Assembly: GCA_051313645.2 (NCBI GenBank) | Contig: JBNRSN020000003.1 | Span: 517,762,001 to 517,826,000, forward strand | Source of the DNA: Centroscyllium fabricii | Taxonomy: Eukaryota | Direction of reading: 5' to 3' | Length of the DNA stretch: 64,000 bases | In this document: positions 36,991-49,675 of the stretch, piece after piece | How positions within the stretch are numbered: the first letter of the stretch is position 1 | Layout: every line of letters starts with the position of its first letter | Notes under the pieces: model-generated | What the model was told of the DNA's origin: nothing | The model's input: only the letters and a program-made list of their open reading frames with translations | Database searches by the model: none | Program-made: the position numbers and the translations under genes

Positions 36991-37143
36991 CACCCAACGC
37001 ACAAACCTCAAAGCTGTAATTCTGATGCTTGTAGTTTTCTTCCATATCTAAATTCTAATCCAAATTGCTGTGAAAGGTCCTTTATACAGTTAATAGCTGC
37101 ACTAGACTGCCGCATGCAGCAGCTTCATTCAATTACTGCTGAG

Positions 37144-37207
37144 TCACCGATGTGTGAAGAATCCCTGTGGATGATTGTATTTGAAAGGCTTGATTCGATT
37201 CGGACCT
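37144..37207 (-). CDS. THOC5: THO complex subunit 5, last coding exon
   Basis: (R)[20 protein letters not shown]-stop, matching the recalled human C-terminus [21 protein letters not shown]; pyrimidine tract and AG. Confidence 0.96.
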
Positions 37208-37672
37208 CTAAAGGGAGAAGGAAGAAAGAGTCAAAGCACGAGGGTTTCAGAGTACACGGGACTTCAGCAACTGACAAAACTAGATTTAATTTAACGTAAA
37301 ACATTCTCTCTTATGTGATCTTAGACAAGACACGCCAGCAGGTTATTCAATTGTGGAGAACATCACAGCAAAGCTTGTCCCCGTGTACGTTACAGCAGAG
37401 GTCAATGGTTACTGATGATGAATGGAAACACAGGTTCCCCTCCCTAGTCCGGGGGCGGGGGGTAGGGGAAAGGGCAATTGAGCCTTAATTGCTTCCCCAG
37501 CAGAGATTAGCAAAATTTGATTGGAAATCAAATCTAGGTTCTTCAAGTCTGTATAGTTTAGTACCACACATGATGCTTTTACCCAATGAGTGAACAGTTT
37601 AATTTATCCTGAAAGCTTGATATAGCTCAGATTTGGTACTGCACATTTTGTATAAATACAATGCAGCACATT

Positions 37673-38407
37673 GGCCCAAAAATTAGCCTCGGAGGCTTCC
37701 TGCGCGTGTATGCCTCCGAGGTCCACTTGCTCTGCGCTCCTGCCATTCTCCAATTCTGCGATGTGAAATCCCGGTTTGGAGTGTTGCTTCAGGCTCCATG
37801 CTGAGGCAACTCAACGTCGTAGCTACTGCGAGAGCGCGCGCAGGACCATGTGATCTGCAGGGAGCCAATGAATGGAAGCAATCCTCCATTCATAACTTAC
37901 ACGGAGAAATCTGTGTAAACTATGAAAAGGAAGAGCTTCAAAAACACATCTAAACACGAAAATAAAATTAAAAGAACACCACATTTTTAACAATACTCTT
38001 AACTAACATAAATTACCTATTTTAAAGAAAAAATAAAAATTCAGATTTAAAAAAAAAAGTTTTTAACTGGCCTAAAAAGATACTTACCTGTCTTTAAAGT
38101 AAAAAAAAAGTAAAAACCTGTAAAAAAAACCTTAAATTCTATAAAATAAAACACTTACCTGATAAAAAGGGATCATTACGGCTGATATTTTTCGATACTT
38201 ACACAGATAATAAACTCAAAAAAAAAAATCGGAATCCTACTGTGCACCTCTTGGTGCACAGGCGAATGCGCTGCAGCTCGCGACCCCCCGCTGGCCTTCA
38301 TCAGAATTGCAGGTAGCACCGGGAAATAGCGTCTACCTGCAATTCGGAGCCCACATGCGTGAGTACCCGGCTCCAGAACGGTCCGCGATCACCCTAATTT
38401 TTGGGCC
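37673..38407. mobile_element. Harbinger-type MITE in the last THOC5 intron
   Basis: TIR GGCCCAAAAATTAG; flanks ATT/AAT; homologous to 17505-18256. Confidence 0.82.
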
Positions 38408-38576
38408 AATAACTATCACAAGCTATGACACACAAGGGAAACAAATATACTACTGCAAAACACACAAAAACAGTAATCAACACTAAATGTAACAAAATGT
38501 GCAAAATACAATGAATTCTGATGTGATTATTTAAATATTGCTTTGCAAGCTACTGCAATACTGACTTGTTCTTGTA

Positions 38577-39244
38577 CAGGTTGAACACCGTTAATCGGGC
38601 AACCGAAAAGCCAGCAACGTCAGTCGTCCGGCACAAATCGCCCCGACTGCCCAGCGCATGCGTAAAATGGCCGCCGCGATCGAGGCTTCGGCGAATGATC
38701 TGCGCATGCGCCGCCGAACGGCGCGTGCATGCACAGATCATCCGCCGAAGCCTCGATTGTGGCGGCCATTTTGCGCATGCGCAGGGCAGTCGGGGCGAGC
38801 AGACAGACAGGAGAGGACAGGCGCGAGAGAGCAGCAGGGCCCACTCCAGCCTTTGATCCCGCACATTCACGCTCACCTTCAGGAGACGCCGACCCCATGG
38901 AAGGCAGCAGCGGCTTCAACAGCGACTCGGACGGCCGAGAGCTCCGGCGCCTCGGAGATGAGGATGAGAAGGAGGAGGCCTTCTCCGACCTGTCGGATGA
39001 GGAGCAGATGCCCGACATCGAGGGTACAACTTCGGGGCGGCCATTTCGCACAATCTGCGCATGCGCTCACTGTTCGGCGGTGCATGCGCAGATCATTCAA
39101 AAATTCGCGGCGGCCATTTGCAATGTTATGCGTGCGGCCATTTTGAACGGTGCGCGTGCACCGGCCGGCTTCATTCTCCTGTTTTTTTCGGTATATCGGC
39201 GTAGGCCTAGTCCCGCCCATGCTGAATTAACGGTGCACAACTTG
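38577..39244. mobile_element. TA-flanked MITE (subtype A) with cargo
   Basis: CAGGTTGAACACCGTTAAT...ATTAACGGTGCACAACTTG, TA flanks. Confidence 0.87.
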
Positions 39245-39755
39245 TACCACAATTAATCCATGCTTAGCGAGTTCAGAGTGATGCGATGAGCCATACAGAC
39301 TAGGAAGGGTCCAGAATCAATCCTCAGTCTGCGCTGAGTGAATTAATCTCAGCTGGGGTAGCAGTCGGGAGGCTAGAACTACCCTCAGCAACTCTGAGTT
39401 AAGGAGGCAAAAATCAGCTAAGTTTCCTGCTCCTGATTGAGTCATCCAGTGACCGTGCTGGAAGTCTGTGTGTGGGTGCAAGTGAGGACAAGATTAAACT
39501 TGGCTGTGATGGGCCCAGTGGTTAAATGGACTGTCGACAATCATGATTTGGGCTCACACATATTGGCCACTTGGGTCCGGTCCCAGCGGCTGATAAGCAC
39601 TTGTCATATCGTGCTCCAAGTAGGAGCCAATGCCTGTACAAGAGGAGGGGAGAAAATTGGTGTGGATTTTTTTTAAAAACAGGTCCGAAACTGCTGTGCT
39701 AGCCGAATATCTGACGCAGGATATTCTTTTATATAAGATATTTAAAAAAAAATAC

Positions 39756-39946
39756 CTAACAAGGCGCAGACACATCTTCTCTTGTGGGAATTCCTTAGGC
39801 CCCTCCACACTGTTATCATGAGTCTCTGTTTCCAGATACACATCCAGACACATGCATAAACGCTGGATCTGATTTGTCAGCAGCTGATGGCCTGGTTTGG
39901 GACCCAGCAACTCCTTGAAACATACATTAACTTCACCTTCTATAGC
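39756..39946 (-). CDS. THOC5: THOC5 coding exon (2nd from last)
   Basis: [63 protein letters not shown]; 191 nt, phase 0 to 2. Confidence 0.96.
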
Positions 39947-40042
39947 CTGAAAGAAACAATCCACACAGAAATGGTCAAAGCGAATACATTCAGACACGCC
40001 TCTCCACAAATTTAGATATAATCATATTGTAATAGTGATCAA

Positions 40043-40492
40043 AGAAACATAGAAGATAGGAGCAGGAGTAGGCCATTCGGCCCCTCGAGCCTGCTCCGCC
40101 ATTCAATGAGATCATGGCTGATTATCCAAATTCAGTACCCCGCCCCTGCCCTCTCCCCATATCCCTTGATTCCTTTAGCCTTAAGAAATATATCTAACTC
40201 CTTCTTGAATATATTTAATAGGTTGGCCTCAACTGCCTTCTGTGGTAGAGAATTCCACAGGTTCACCACTCTCTGGGTGAAGAAATTCTTCCTCATCTCT
40301 GTCCTAATTGGCTTACCCCTTATCCTTGGACTGTGCCCCCTGGTTCTGGACTCCCCGACCATCGGGAACATCCTTCCTGCATCTAGTCTGTCTGGTCCTG
40401 TTAGAATTTTATAAGTTTCAATGAAATCCCCTCTCATTCTTCTAAACTCCAGCGAATATAAGCCCAATCGACCCAATCTCTCCTCATACGTC
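40043..40492 (-). mobile_element. CR1 LINE 3' fragment (young family)
   Basis: YEERLGRLGLYSLEFRRMRGD; near-identical to the 5527 and 22097 copies. Confidence 0.93.
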
Positions 40493-42338
40493 CATTCTCC
40501 ATTTGCGAGCCCAGATAGGAAGCATCGGTGGTCTACACATATTCTGGGATGCATCACGGCAAACTAAACTTGCCCTTAGCGGATTTCCACATATGTACTT
40601 TCCAGTATACAGCGATCATGAGCAGGAACTCTGGCTGATTCTTCCCTTGTGCCCACCCTGCCTCCATTCGACCCACAGAGATCAAGGATAATTTTATTAT
40701 CCACAGTGCTGCACCAGCGGAGATAAACTAAATCACTATTGACCAGGAATAAAATCTGGAACCTTCCTAGTTTGCATATCTTGGTACCACACCACATGGT
40801 GTATTTACCCATTGAGTGATTGGGTAACCCTGGATGAAGAATCTTACTGCAATAATTTCTACTGTCAAATGTCACAATATCTATTTTGGGGAAGTTTAAG
40901 GCTGTGTGAATAGAAGTAAAAATTAAAAAAGTCAAGGATGTATCCTGATACCTCTCAGATACATCCTTATCAAGCCTACTTATGATTGGTAGCCAGGTGA
41001 ACTGGGAGCCAGTAGGAACCATACTTTATTATGTTGCTTTCTCCTCACAGATCCCTCCCATGGCATATACTAACTGCAAGTGGCCCACTTCAGGTTTCTG
41101 CCAGAGTTGCTCTTAGCCAGTTATGAGGCGGTGTACAAGTAAGGCGTGGTGATGGCTCTCTTCTCTCCTCCTCTTCCTTCCCTGGAGTAGTACCTGTCTT
41201 AGTTTTGTACTTGTTGACAATGCAGTGGGTGAAGTCAGGAACTTGGTAATGCGAGGAATCAATGACACAAATTTATGTCCTACCGTTCTGCTGTGTCATG
41301 AACTAGATCTGCAAAGCACGTTAGTATGAGCTCTGATTTCACTTTATTTTTTAAAAAGCACTCTGTTGTTTGAATATGCCCTGAAAATGAAATTACTGTT
41401 TTCAAAAAAAATTAAGAGGGAAAATTCAGTGGTCTCAGCCATTACATTACTCAGTCATGGATCATACTGAATAGTCTCACATGATGACAAAGACCACTAA
41501 TAAATAATTCAAGGCAAGCATCATTCTTCTTAAAGTAGATATTAATTCATTGCACAGAGGGGCATTTAGGTCTTTAAGTGTTTTACAGTTTAAGTTAGGC
41601 AATTTCAAAAGTTGAGGTAGCCAACTTGTTTAATATGACTATTAGCTGGTGGAATGCCCAAGGTGAGAATGCAGTCGTGTGTAACACCTTCTCACTCACT
41701 ACATGATACAGTGAACAGGGAAAAATAATTTTTACTACTTGGTGAGTCAGTAACAAGGGGGCATAAATTTAAGATCACCTAGAGAACGGAAAAGGGTTAA
41801 AAACCCATACGGTTGTTAGTTAATGGAATATCCAACTAGAAATAATGGTTATTATAAATAATAGCTTTTAAAAGGAAAGTAGATAAATATTTAAATAATG
41901 GATATGGAAAAATGATAGTAAGTAGTTAGCCCTTTGAGACCCGGTGCTGGTATGATCGAATACATGTATAAACAATTCACATTGGGCAAGGCACACTTGC
42001 TTTAATTCAACCCATTCAGTAAATCATCTTAGAAATGGTCATCTTACAAAAGCCAGTTCCTAGTTCTGATAGAGTTTACACCCAAAAATGATTTTTTTCT
42101 CTTCAGATGTTGACAGATCTATTGTGTATTTGCATTGCTTCATGTTTTTACTACTGTGACTGGGCTCATCATCACCCCCGCCCCGTGCCTACTGCATCTG
42201 CTGCACTGTATTAATGGCTCAGAAAGAAAATGCACACCTCAACTGTGGTGCAATCCTTCCCCGCTTTCCCCATCCCACAGAAACACATGTGGAAATACAC
42301 CTGGACTGTAGACATGGATCATCAGCTCATTCCCACTA

Positions 42339-42870
42339 CAGGTTGAACACCGTTAATCGGGCAACCGAAAAGCCGGCAACTTCAGTCGTCCGGCACAAAT
42401 CGCCCCGACTTCCCTGCGCATGTGCAAAATGGCCGCCGCAATCAAGGCTACGGCGAACGGCGAGCGCATGCGCAGATCATTCGCCGAAGCCTCGATCGCG
42501 GCAGCCATTTTGCGCATGCGCAGGGCATTCGGGGCGAGCAGACAGACAGGCGAGAGAGAGCAGCAGAGCCCACTCCAGCCTTTGATTCCGGCACATTCAC
42601 ACGCACCTTTCCGACGCCATGGAGGGCAGCAGCGACTCGGACTCGGGAGGCTGAGAGCTCCGGCGCCTCAGAGTCACTGGGAGACGAGGAGAAGGAGGAG
42701 GCCTTCTCCGACCTGTCGGATGAGGAGCAGATGCCCATTGGTGTTTACCGCGTGCCTTCAACCGCGCTTGAAACGGGGACAGGTCCCGCCTGGCTGGCCT
42801 TGATTGGGTGGTGGCGGGGTGGCAGGAGGTTTGTGATTGGTGGAATGGCCTGTCAATCCCGTGGCTGGGG

Positions 42871-42901
<31 letters not shown>

Positions 42902-43226
42902 GCTTGTGATTGGTGAAGCAACCTGTCAATCATGCAGCTTAAGGTGATAGGAGGTTTTTGATTGGTGGAGCGGCCTGTCAATCCCGTGGCTGATTGGGGG
43001 GGGGGGGGGGGGGGGGGGGGGGCTGGGGGAACAGGAGGCTTACGATTGGTGAAGCAGCCTGTCAATCCTGTGGCAAGGAGAGGGAGGCGATTTTGTGATT
43101 GCAATGTTATGCGCATGCGTGTGGCCATTTTGAATGGTGCGCGTGGCCAGCTTCATTCTTCCGTTTTTTTCGCAAAACCGGCCCAGGCCCAGCCCCGCCC
43201 ATGCTGGTAAAACGGTGCTCAACCTG
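42339..43226. mobile_element. TA-flanked MITE (subtype A) with two cargo blocks
   Basis: CAGGTTGAACACCGTT...AACGGTGCTCAACCTG, TA flanks. Confidence 0.88.
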
Positions 43227-44981
43227 TATCAGCTGCTGGCATGAATCACCTCTTCTCCTTCCTTGCTTAATCTCGAACTCTGAGGAGCAACAACCTCACC
43301 CCTGCCAACATGTAATGTTGTTTGTGTACAACTAATTAACAATTGCAGCATATTTGACAGCAACTATCAGGAAATCTAAATCATAATGACTAAACAATAT
43401 ATATAAAAATTTTGGAAGAACTTAAAAATAGGCTTCAAAAATATGATTGTATTTTCATTGCAAAAATGGCTAAAAAGATGGCCATCATTGTGACAATGGC
43501 TAAAGTGATGGCCATGCCAGGCTCATAATTAAGATATGGGCTTCTAAAATCAAAAATGCTTGAGTATGGATCTATCTGTTATTTGACATTTGCTTTTGGC
43601 AACAGTGAAGTAAATTAGGTTTTTTCCCCAAGCCATTCATCAACAGCAGACAGAGCTCGCTTTCAGAAACATGCAGTTGCCACAAATTTTAATAATGACG
43701 CTGCATTTTAGTTCCAGGAATCTGTCCTGTCTGCAGAATCCACAGAGCTGCAGTAACGTTTCTGTACCAAAGTTTTACTGCGTAATTCTACGCCTCTTTT
43801 TAAAAAAAATACCATTTTTGAACAGAAAGGAATATGCTTTGAAAGCTGCAAGAAGGATAAATAGAAGGAAATATCAGATTTCCCCACGTGCTGCTCACGG
43901 TAAGTTGGAGGATATGCTGTTTTGTAATAACAGGAACAAACTGTATACAGCTCTGGTCGCCATATTATAAAAAGGATATAGAGGCACTGGAGAGGGTGCA
44001 GAGAAGAGGGTATACCCATCAGAAAAGGATGAACAGGCTGGGTCTCTTTTCGCTTGGAAAAAGGCTGAGGGGTGACCTAATAGAGGTCTTTAAAATTATG
44101 AAAGGTTTTGATCGAGTAGATACAGGGAGAGTGTTTCCACTTGTGGGGAAGAGCAAAACTAGAGGCTATCAATATAAGATAGAATCATAGGGGGGGGAAT
44201 TTCATGCCACCGTGAGGCGGGGTTTTCGGCGGCCCGGCTGGCAAAATAGCGGACCGGCGGGTCCTGACCTCCCCCGCCGCTTTCTCATTTTCCCCTGCCC
44301 AGATTCCCCGCCCCGAAACATTCCCGCCGCCGGCCGGCGGGGATGGGTTGTCACCTCGTTAAGGGCCCTTAATGCTATTTTAAAGGCCCTCAGCCATTTT
44401 GCCCTGTTTCCCGCACTAACCCCGTCACCTTAAACCCCGCTGGGACACCACCCCCCACCCCCCGAGTGGCAACTGATCAGAGAGCCGGCCCCCGAATCTG
44501 TGGTCTTCTGTGAGGAATCATGCTGTAAACACATTCTTCCTGAATTTATCTACAGCAAGTCAGAGCCCTCTCAGCTTTCCAGTGTAACACCCCCCGATCA
44601 GGGGGTCGGGCGACCCCCCCCAGCGGCAACTGATCAGAGAGCACGGAGAACAGCTGCTGCTCTGCTTCCCCTTTAAGGCCTCATCGGCTGCAGAGGTCAC
44701 GGGGAAGCAAGCAGTGAGTGAGGGAGTGCTGCGCCCGGGAACGGCAATTAGCGGCAAGGTATTTGCCGCCTGGAAGCCGTGCACAGTGTTAGCCGTGAGC
44801 GCGCTAAATGAGCGCGCGTTCACGAGCGCGTTCACATTTTCATGAACGCTGAACGAGCGCGCTCTTTCCCAGCAGCCTGAGCGAAAATGTGAGCGTCGCT
44901 CGCTCTGGAGGGTGTGAGCGGCACTCTCGCGCTCGCGGTATGTGGAGTCTGAATCGCTGCTGCCTTCCGCGCCATCGGGAC

Positions 44982-45237
44982 GGTGAGTGCTTTGCTTTGC
45001 TGCCTTCCGCGCCGGTGAGTGCTTTGCTTTGCTGCCTTCCGCGCCGGTGAGTGCTTTGCTTTGCTGCCTTCCGCGCCGGTGAGTGCTTTGCTTTGCTGCC
45101 TTCCGCGCTGGTGAGTGCTTTGCTTTGCTGCCTTCCGCGACGGTGAGTGCTTTGCTTTGCTGCCTTCCGCGCCGGTGAGTGCTTTGCTTTGCTGCCTTCC
45201 GCGACGGTGAGTGCTTTGCTTTGCTGCCTTCCGCGCC
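44982..45237 (+). repeat. 32-bp minisatellite, 8 units
   Basis: Unit GGTGAGTGCTTTGCTTTGCTGCCTTCCGCGCC with minor variants; partial units on both sides. Confidence 0.95.
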
Positions 45238-45307
45238 ATCGGGACGGTGAGTGTCTCTCTCTCTATCTCTCTATCTAATTAATTAATAGCTTACATACCT
45301 GCCTATT

Positions 45308-45641
45308 TAGAAAGATAGGAGCAGGAGTAGGCCTTTCAGCCCTTCAAGCCTGCTCCACCATTCAATGAGATCATGGCTGATCATCCAAACCCTGTAACCT
45401 GCCCTCTCCCCATATCCCTCGATCCCTATCGAGCCTGCACCGACACATATCCCACCCTATTCCCATAACCCCACATATTCAATCCCCCTAACACTAAGGG
45501 TAAATTTATCCTGGCCAAAAACCCACGCAGACATGGGGAGAATGTGCAAACTCCACACAGATAGTACCCGAGGCTGGATTTGAACCCGGGTCTCCAGTGC
45601 TGTGAGACCGCAGTGCTAAGCACTGTGCCACTGTGCCGCCC
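45308..45641 (-). mobile_element. HE1-like SINE (internally deleted) inside the hAT element
   Basis: Head and tail as in the other copies. Confidence 0.88.
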
Positions 45642-46552
45642 TATATACTCAGCCTGTGTATATACATACAGACAGTTCTCTATTTGTTCCTCCTGCTTCA
45701 TAATTTGCATTGCCCCAAACTGACTCTACCCCCTGCATAATAGGAAACTACTGACACAATGATTCAGTGATAAAACTTATAAAGTAATCAGCTTCTATTA
45801 TTCTTTAATGGGCTGTAGCAATGATTGGGGGCTGTCAGTGGATGGATAAGAGGATGTTCTATTGAAAAATAATAGCTCGGGGCAGCGCATTAAAAGAAGA
45901 AGAAAAAAAAAAAAGAACGTTGAACTAGTTCATTTTTGAGCTGCGAACTTAAGTTCAAAATTATGAACTATGAACTTGAACTAGTTCATTTTAAAATGAT
46001 TGAACTGAACTTTGAGCTAGCTCTTGTTAAGTGTGAACTTTCCCAACACTGGCCGTGCAAGGCGTGAATTAGCGCCAAAATCAGCAAGGCCACCGCTAGC
46101 ATCAATATCGGCCGCGTCGGCGCTAAATTTTAGCACATCGCCAAATTTAATGCCCAATCCGTACGCTGACGAATTTTTCGCCCATGGAGTTAGACGAGGA
46201 AAGAAAGGAGGCGGTTTGAGTGGAGCATAAACACCGGCATGTACTGGTTGGGCCGAATGGCCTGTTTCTGAGCCGTTTAGCTTATGTACCATGGAACATA
46301 TAATGCATTCATACATATACAACACAGTCGGAAATCTGGTGTTGCTCAGACAATAATTAGAAAAATATTTTGCCTTCTGGAAACACACACTCTGCTTACT
46401 CCCATACTCTAATTCTTTCCTTCACCCACACTGTCTTTATTTCTCTCTCTCCTTCTTTTCTGTTTGCCGCTTGTGCTTTATATTTTTGTGTCTCCATGTT
46501 TTTCTTTGAGGCATTCTACTTGTCTCTCTCTCCCATTTTCTGTTCTTTATCA

Positions 46553-48060
46553 ACTTGCATTTGTATAGAGCCTTTTACATAGAAAAACATCTCCGGGCGC
46601 TTCACACTGAAGTACAAAATGGACATTGTGCCAAAGAATGCTATTAGGAGGGACGACCAAAGGCTTGGTCAAAAATGTATGTTTAAGAAGGGTCAAATGA
46701 GGATAGGCAAAGGGATTTAAGGAAGGGAATTGCAGGGGGGCTAGATGGCTGCAGGTGCAACTGCCAATGGTGGGACTAATGTGGGGGAGGGGGTTGGTGG
46801 AGGAGGTGGATAAGGGGCGGCACGGTGGTATAGTGGTTAGCACTGTTGCCTCACAGCACTGGAGACCCGGGTTCAAATCCGGCCTCGGGTGACTATCTGT
46901 GTGGAGTTTGCACATTCTCCCCGTGTCTGCGTGGGTTTCCTCCGGGTACTCCGGTTTCCTCCCACAGTCCAAAGATGTGCGGGTTAGGTTGATTGGCCAT
47001 GATAAATTGACCCTTAGTGTTAAGGGGATTAAATATGTGGGGTTACGGGGATAGGGTGGGATATGTGTCAGTGCAGGCTCGATAGGGATCGAGGGATATG
47101 GGGAGAGGGCGGGGTGCTGGGTTTGGAGGATCAGTCATGATCTCAGTGAATGGCGGAGCAGGCTTGAAGGGCCGAATGGCCTACTCCTATCTTCTATGTT
47201 TCTAAGAAGTTGGAGTCGGAGGACCAGAAAGTTCCGAGAGGGTCGTAGGGCTGGAGAACGTTACAGAGATATAGTGGGGCAAGGCCATGGAGGGATCTGA
47301 ACACGAGGATGTGAGTTTTCAAATCGAGGTGTTGGTGGACTGGGAGCCGATGTAATTTGGTGAGCACTGGGGTGATGAGTGAGTGGGACCGGCTGCGGGA
47401 TAGGATACGAGCAGTAGAGTTTGGGATGAGTTGAAGCTTACAGAGGGTGGAGGATGGCCAGGAGAGGATTGAAATAGTTAAATCCCGAGGTGACAAAAAG
47501 CATGAACGAGAGTTTCAGCAGCAGGCGCACTGATGCAGGAGCAGAAGCAGGCAATGTTTCAGGACTTTGGAGAGGAAAGGGAGGTTGGAGATGGAGTGCT
47601 AGTTCACAAGGACAAAGGGGGTCAGGAGTGGGTTTTTTGAGGGGGAGGTGATGAGCGTGGTTTTGAAAAGGAAGGTGGACTGTATCCGAAGAGGGAGAAC
47701 CGTTTATAATATCAGCTGACACGGGGGTTGGGAGTAAAGTTGGGTGATCTGCAGTTTTGTGGCAATCAGCACAAGAGAGCAAGAAGGTGGAGCTCATGGA
47801 CAAGATGAGCTTGGGGAGATAGGAGAGAAGCTTGAGAAAGACAAGAGATCTGGGCTAGGGCAGGGGGAAACTGTAGGTTGGTGGGCAAGGGAACAGTGCG
47901 AGGGGAGGTCTGGCAGAGCCACCTAAACAGATGATCTCAATCTCAGTGACAAAGAAGTCCATGAGTTCCTTTCCAGTTGTTGTTCGAGGGGGGGGGGGGG
48001 GCGGGGGGCAAGGGGGAAGAGGATTAAGGAGATAGTAGGTAGTGTAGAAAAGAGGTAAAG
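46553..48060 (-). mobile_element. L2 LINE fragment, interrupted by an HE1-like SINE
   Basis: ITPVLTKLHRLPV...VFRSLHGLAPLYL in ORF 47194-47496; L2 tail near 46556. Confidence 0.75.
46814..47204 (+). mobile_element. HE1-like tRNA-SINE
   Basis: Full head and CR1-derived tail. Confidence 0.92.
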
Positions 48061-49151
48061 AGTTATCTTTTCGCCCCATGACTTTATTTCAAAAATAAAG
48101 TCAAGTTGCTTAAACTCCCAGCCACATAAATGACAGCTGTTCACAGGTTGCCAGCTGAGGGCAGCATGCTTGGAGCCTGGGAACAATCAGCAGGAAAGTT
48201 GAGCTAAACATTGCTGGCACTGGGAACTGAGTAGAACTCAAGCCCCAGAGAAAGGAGTCAGCCAGTGCAGAGCAAAATTGGTATAAAGATTTCTGAGGTA
48301 AAATAGGCACGTTTATGGCTCAGGTCAGTGATTTCTTGAAAAATTATTCATGTGATATAAATTTTACATGATTCACTGGCTTGAAAAGCGACATGGTTGT
48401 CAAAAAAGTTGAAGCAAAATAATTTGAGTGGTTTAGTTTTAGATTGGTGGTTTTGTGAACAATAGTGTTTTTTTTTAAACTGAGCAATTTGATTGCTTAG
48501 TTTTAGGCTCTTCACTTGGTGATGATCGACAGTCCTGCCTGGTAAATGGATTTGCATTTGATTGGCGCAAACATCCAATTAACAAAATTTGAACAAATCA
48601 GCAAGCTTAACAAATAGTGGATACGTGAGCAAATTTAGATTTTCTTTGCCCCACAACGCGTGACACTTCAGAGGCGAGACACAACAGACGCGAGGTAAAC
48701 ACAAGACTTTTAATTATACATCGTATGTCTGCTCTGATGAACTAAATTACTGCATAATCATGTTCAAATTATTTTCCAGACAGCTGTATGTGGTACAAAT
48801 TCACATAGTCCTTGACCAGTGAATGATGTGCAGCTTTGTAGAGTAGTACCAACATGGACTATATAAATTAGATAAGCTTAAAAGACAATTAACTTAATTG
48901 AACTTTTAAAGCTTTCATTTAAGTGTCTAGCAGCAACAGAACAAGAAGTCAATTGATTTCATGAACATTGGGGAAAAAACAGCAAAAATAAAGAAAATAT
49001 GCATCCAGATTTTTGTGTGGCACAGTATTCAGGTGTCAGGGGAACATTATACTGAAAACGTGAACTCCATATAGTGTATGCTATTAGGACATTGACAGTT
49101 CGCTTCCTAACATTCTATCATAAAATGACAGTTAGCCATTTAACACCTTAC

Positions 49152-49267
49152 CTTTAGGTTATCATCATTGCGGCTTGATTTCTCTCCCTTCCAATTTAAA
49201 CAGATGCTGAAGACAGGGGGGATGGTAGAATAACCAGGATTCAACACTATAGCCACATGGAGCTTTG
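49152..49267 (-). CDS. THOC5: THOC5 coding exon (3rd from last)
   Basis: (A)[38 protein letters not shown]; AG / GTAAGG; phase 1 to 0. Confidence 0.95.
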
Positions 49268-49533
49268 CTAAGTGTAAATAACGAACATTTAAATTAAGTA
49301 AACACAGAAGTTGTTTTCATCAAAGGCAACCTCACTCTCCACTGTAACTTGCAATCCATTACTCTTGCATTTTATAGTGCCAGTGCTCCATTTATAGTCT
49401 GCTACAATTTGGGGCTTTTAATAGAACCGTTTTCTCTCTCAATATTTTAATAGTGGTTCTTGTATTGGCCCTTGTCCCTTATGAACCAGAAGCTGTAACT
49501 TTCTGATATTCTGGTCCTAACAAAGCCGAGTAA

Positions 49534-49675
49534 CAATGTTCCCCATAATTGTTTGGGGGCCACGCGGCCCCTTAAAGTCTGCGCGTGCATGTTTTTTTTC
49601 CAGTTTAAAAGCCGGTCACTGTCTGCGCAGAACCCCTGGAGCGCTGCATAGTTGTGCAGCTTATAGAGAACATTA
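49534..49675. mobile_element. Short hAT-type MITE
   Basis: CAATGTTCCC...GAGAACATTA; degenerate 8-bp TSD CCGAGTAA / GTGAGTAA. Confidence 0.6.

Larger units (their letters stand above)
44784..46051. mobile_element. Non-autonomous hAT-type DNA transposon
   Basis: TIR CAGTGTTAG...CCAACACTG; perfect 8-bp TSD GCCGTGCA at 44776-44783 and 46052-46059; subterminal TGAAC/GTTCA repeats. Confidence 0.9.
44190..46183. mobile_element. Harbinger-type MITE inside an old CR1, interrupted by a hAT element
   Basis: GGGGGAATTT...AATTTTTCGCCC ends; CR1 remnants at about 43935-44185 and 46184-46290. Confidence 0.7.

Noticed and set aside
38550-39256. Many overlapping ORFs in GC-rich MITEs (also near 26476, 42214, 49775, 60714)
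   Set aside because: Expected from stop-poor palindromic GC-rich sequence; no transposase motifs seen
44832-45239. Repetitive basic ORF (ARKAAKQSTHRR...) suggesting a histone/protamine-like gene or a CRISPR-like array
   Set aside because: It is the translation of a 32-bp minisatellite in a hAT element; the unit is not a multiple of 3 and there are no unique spacers
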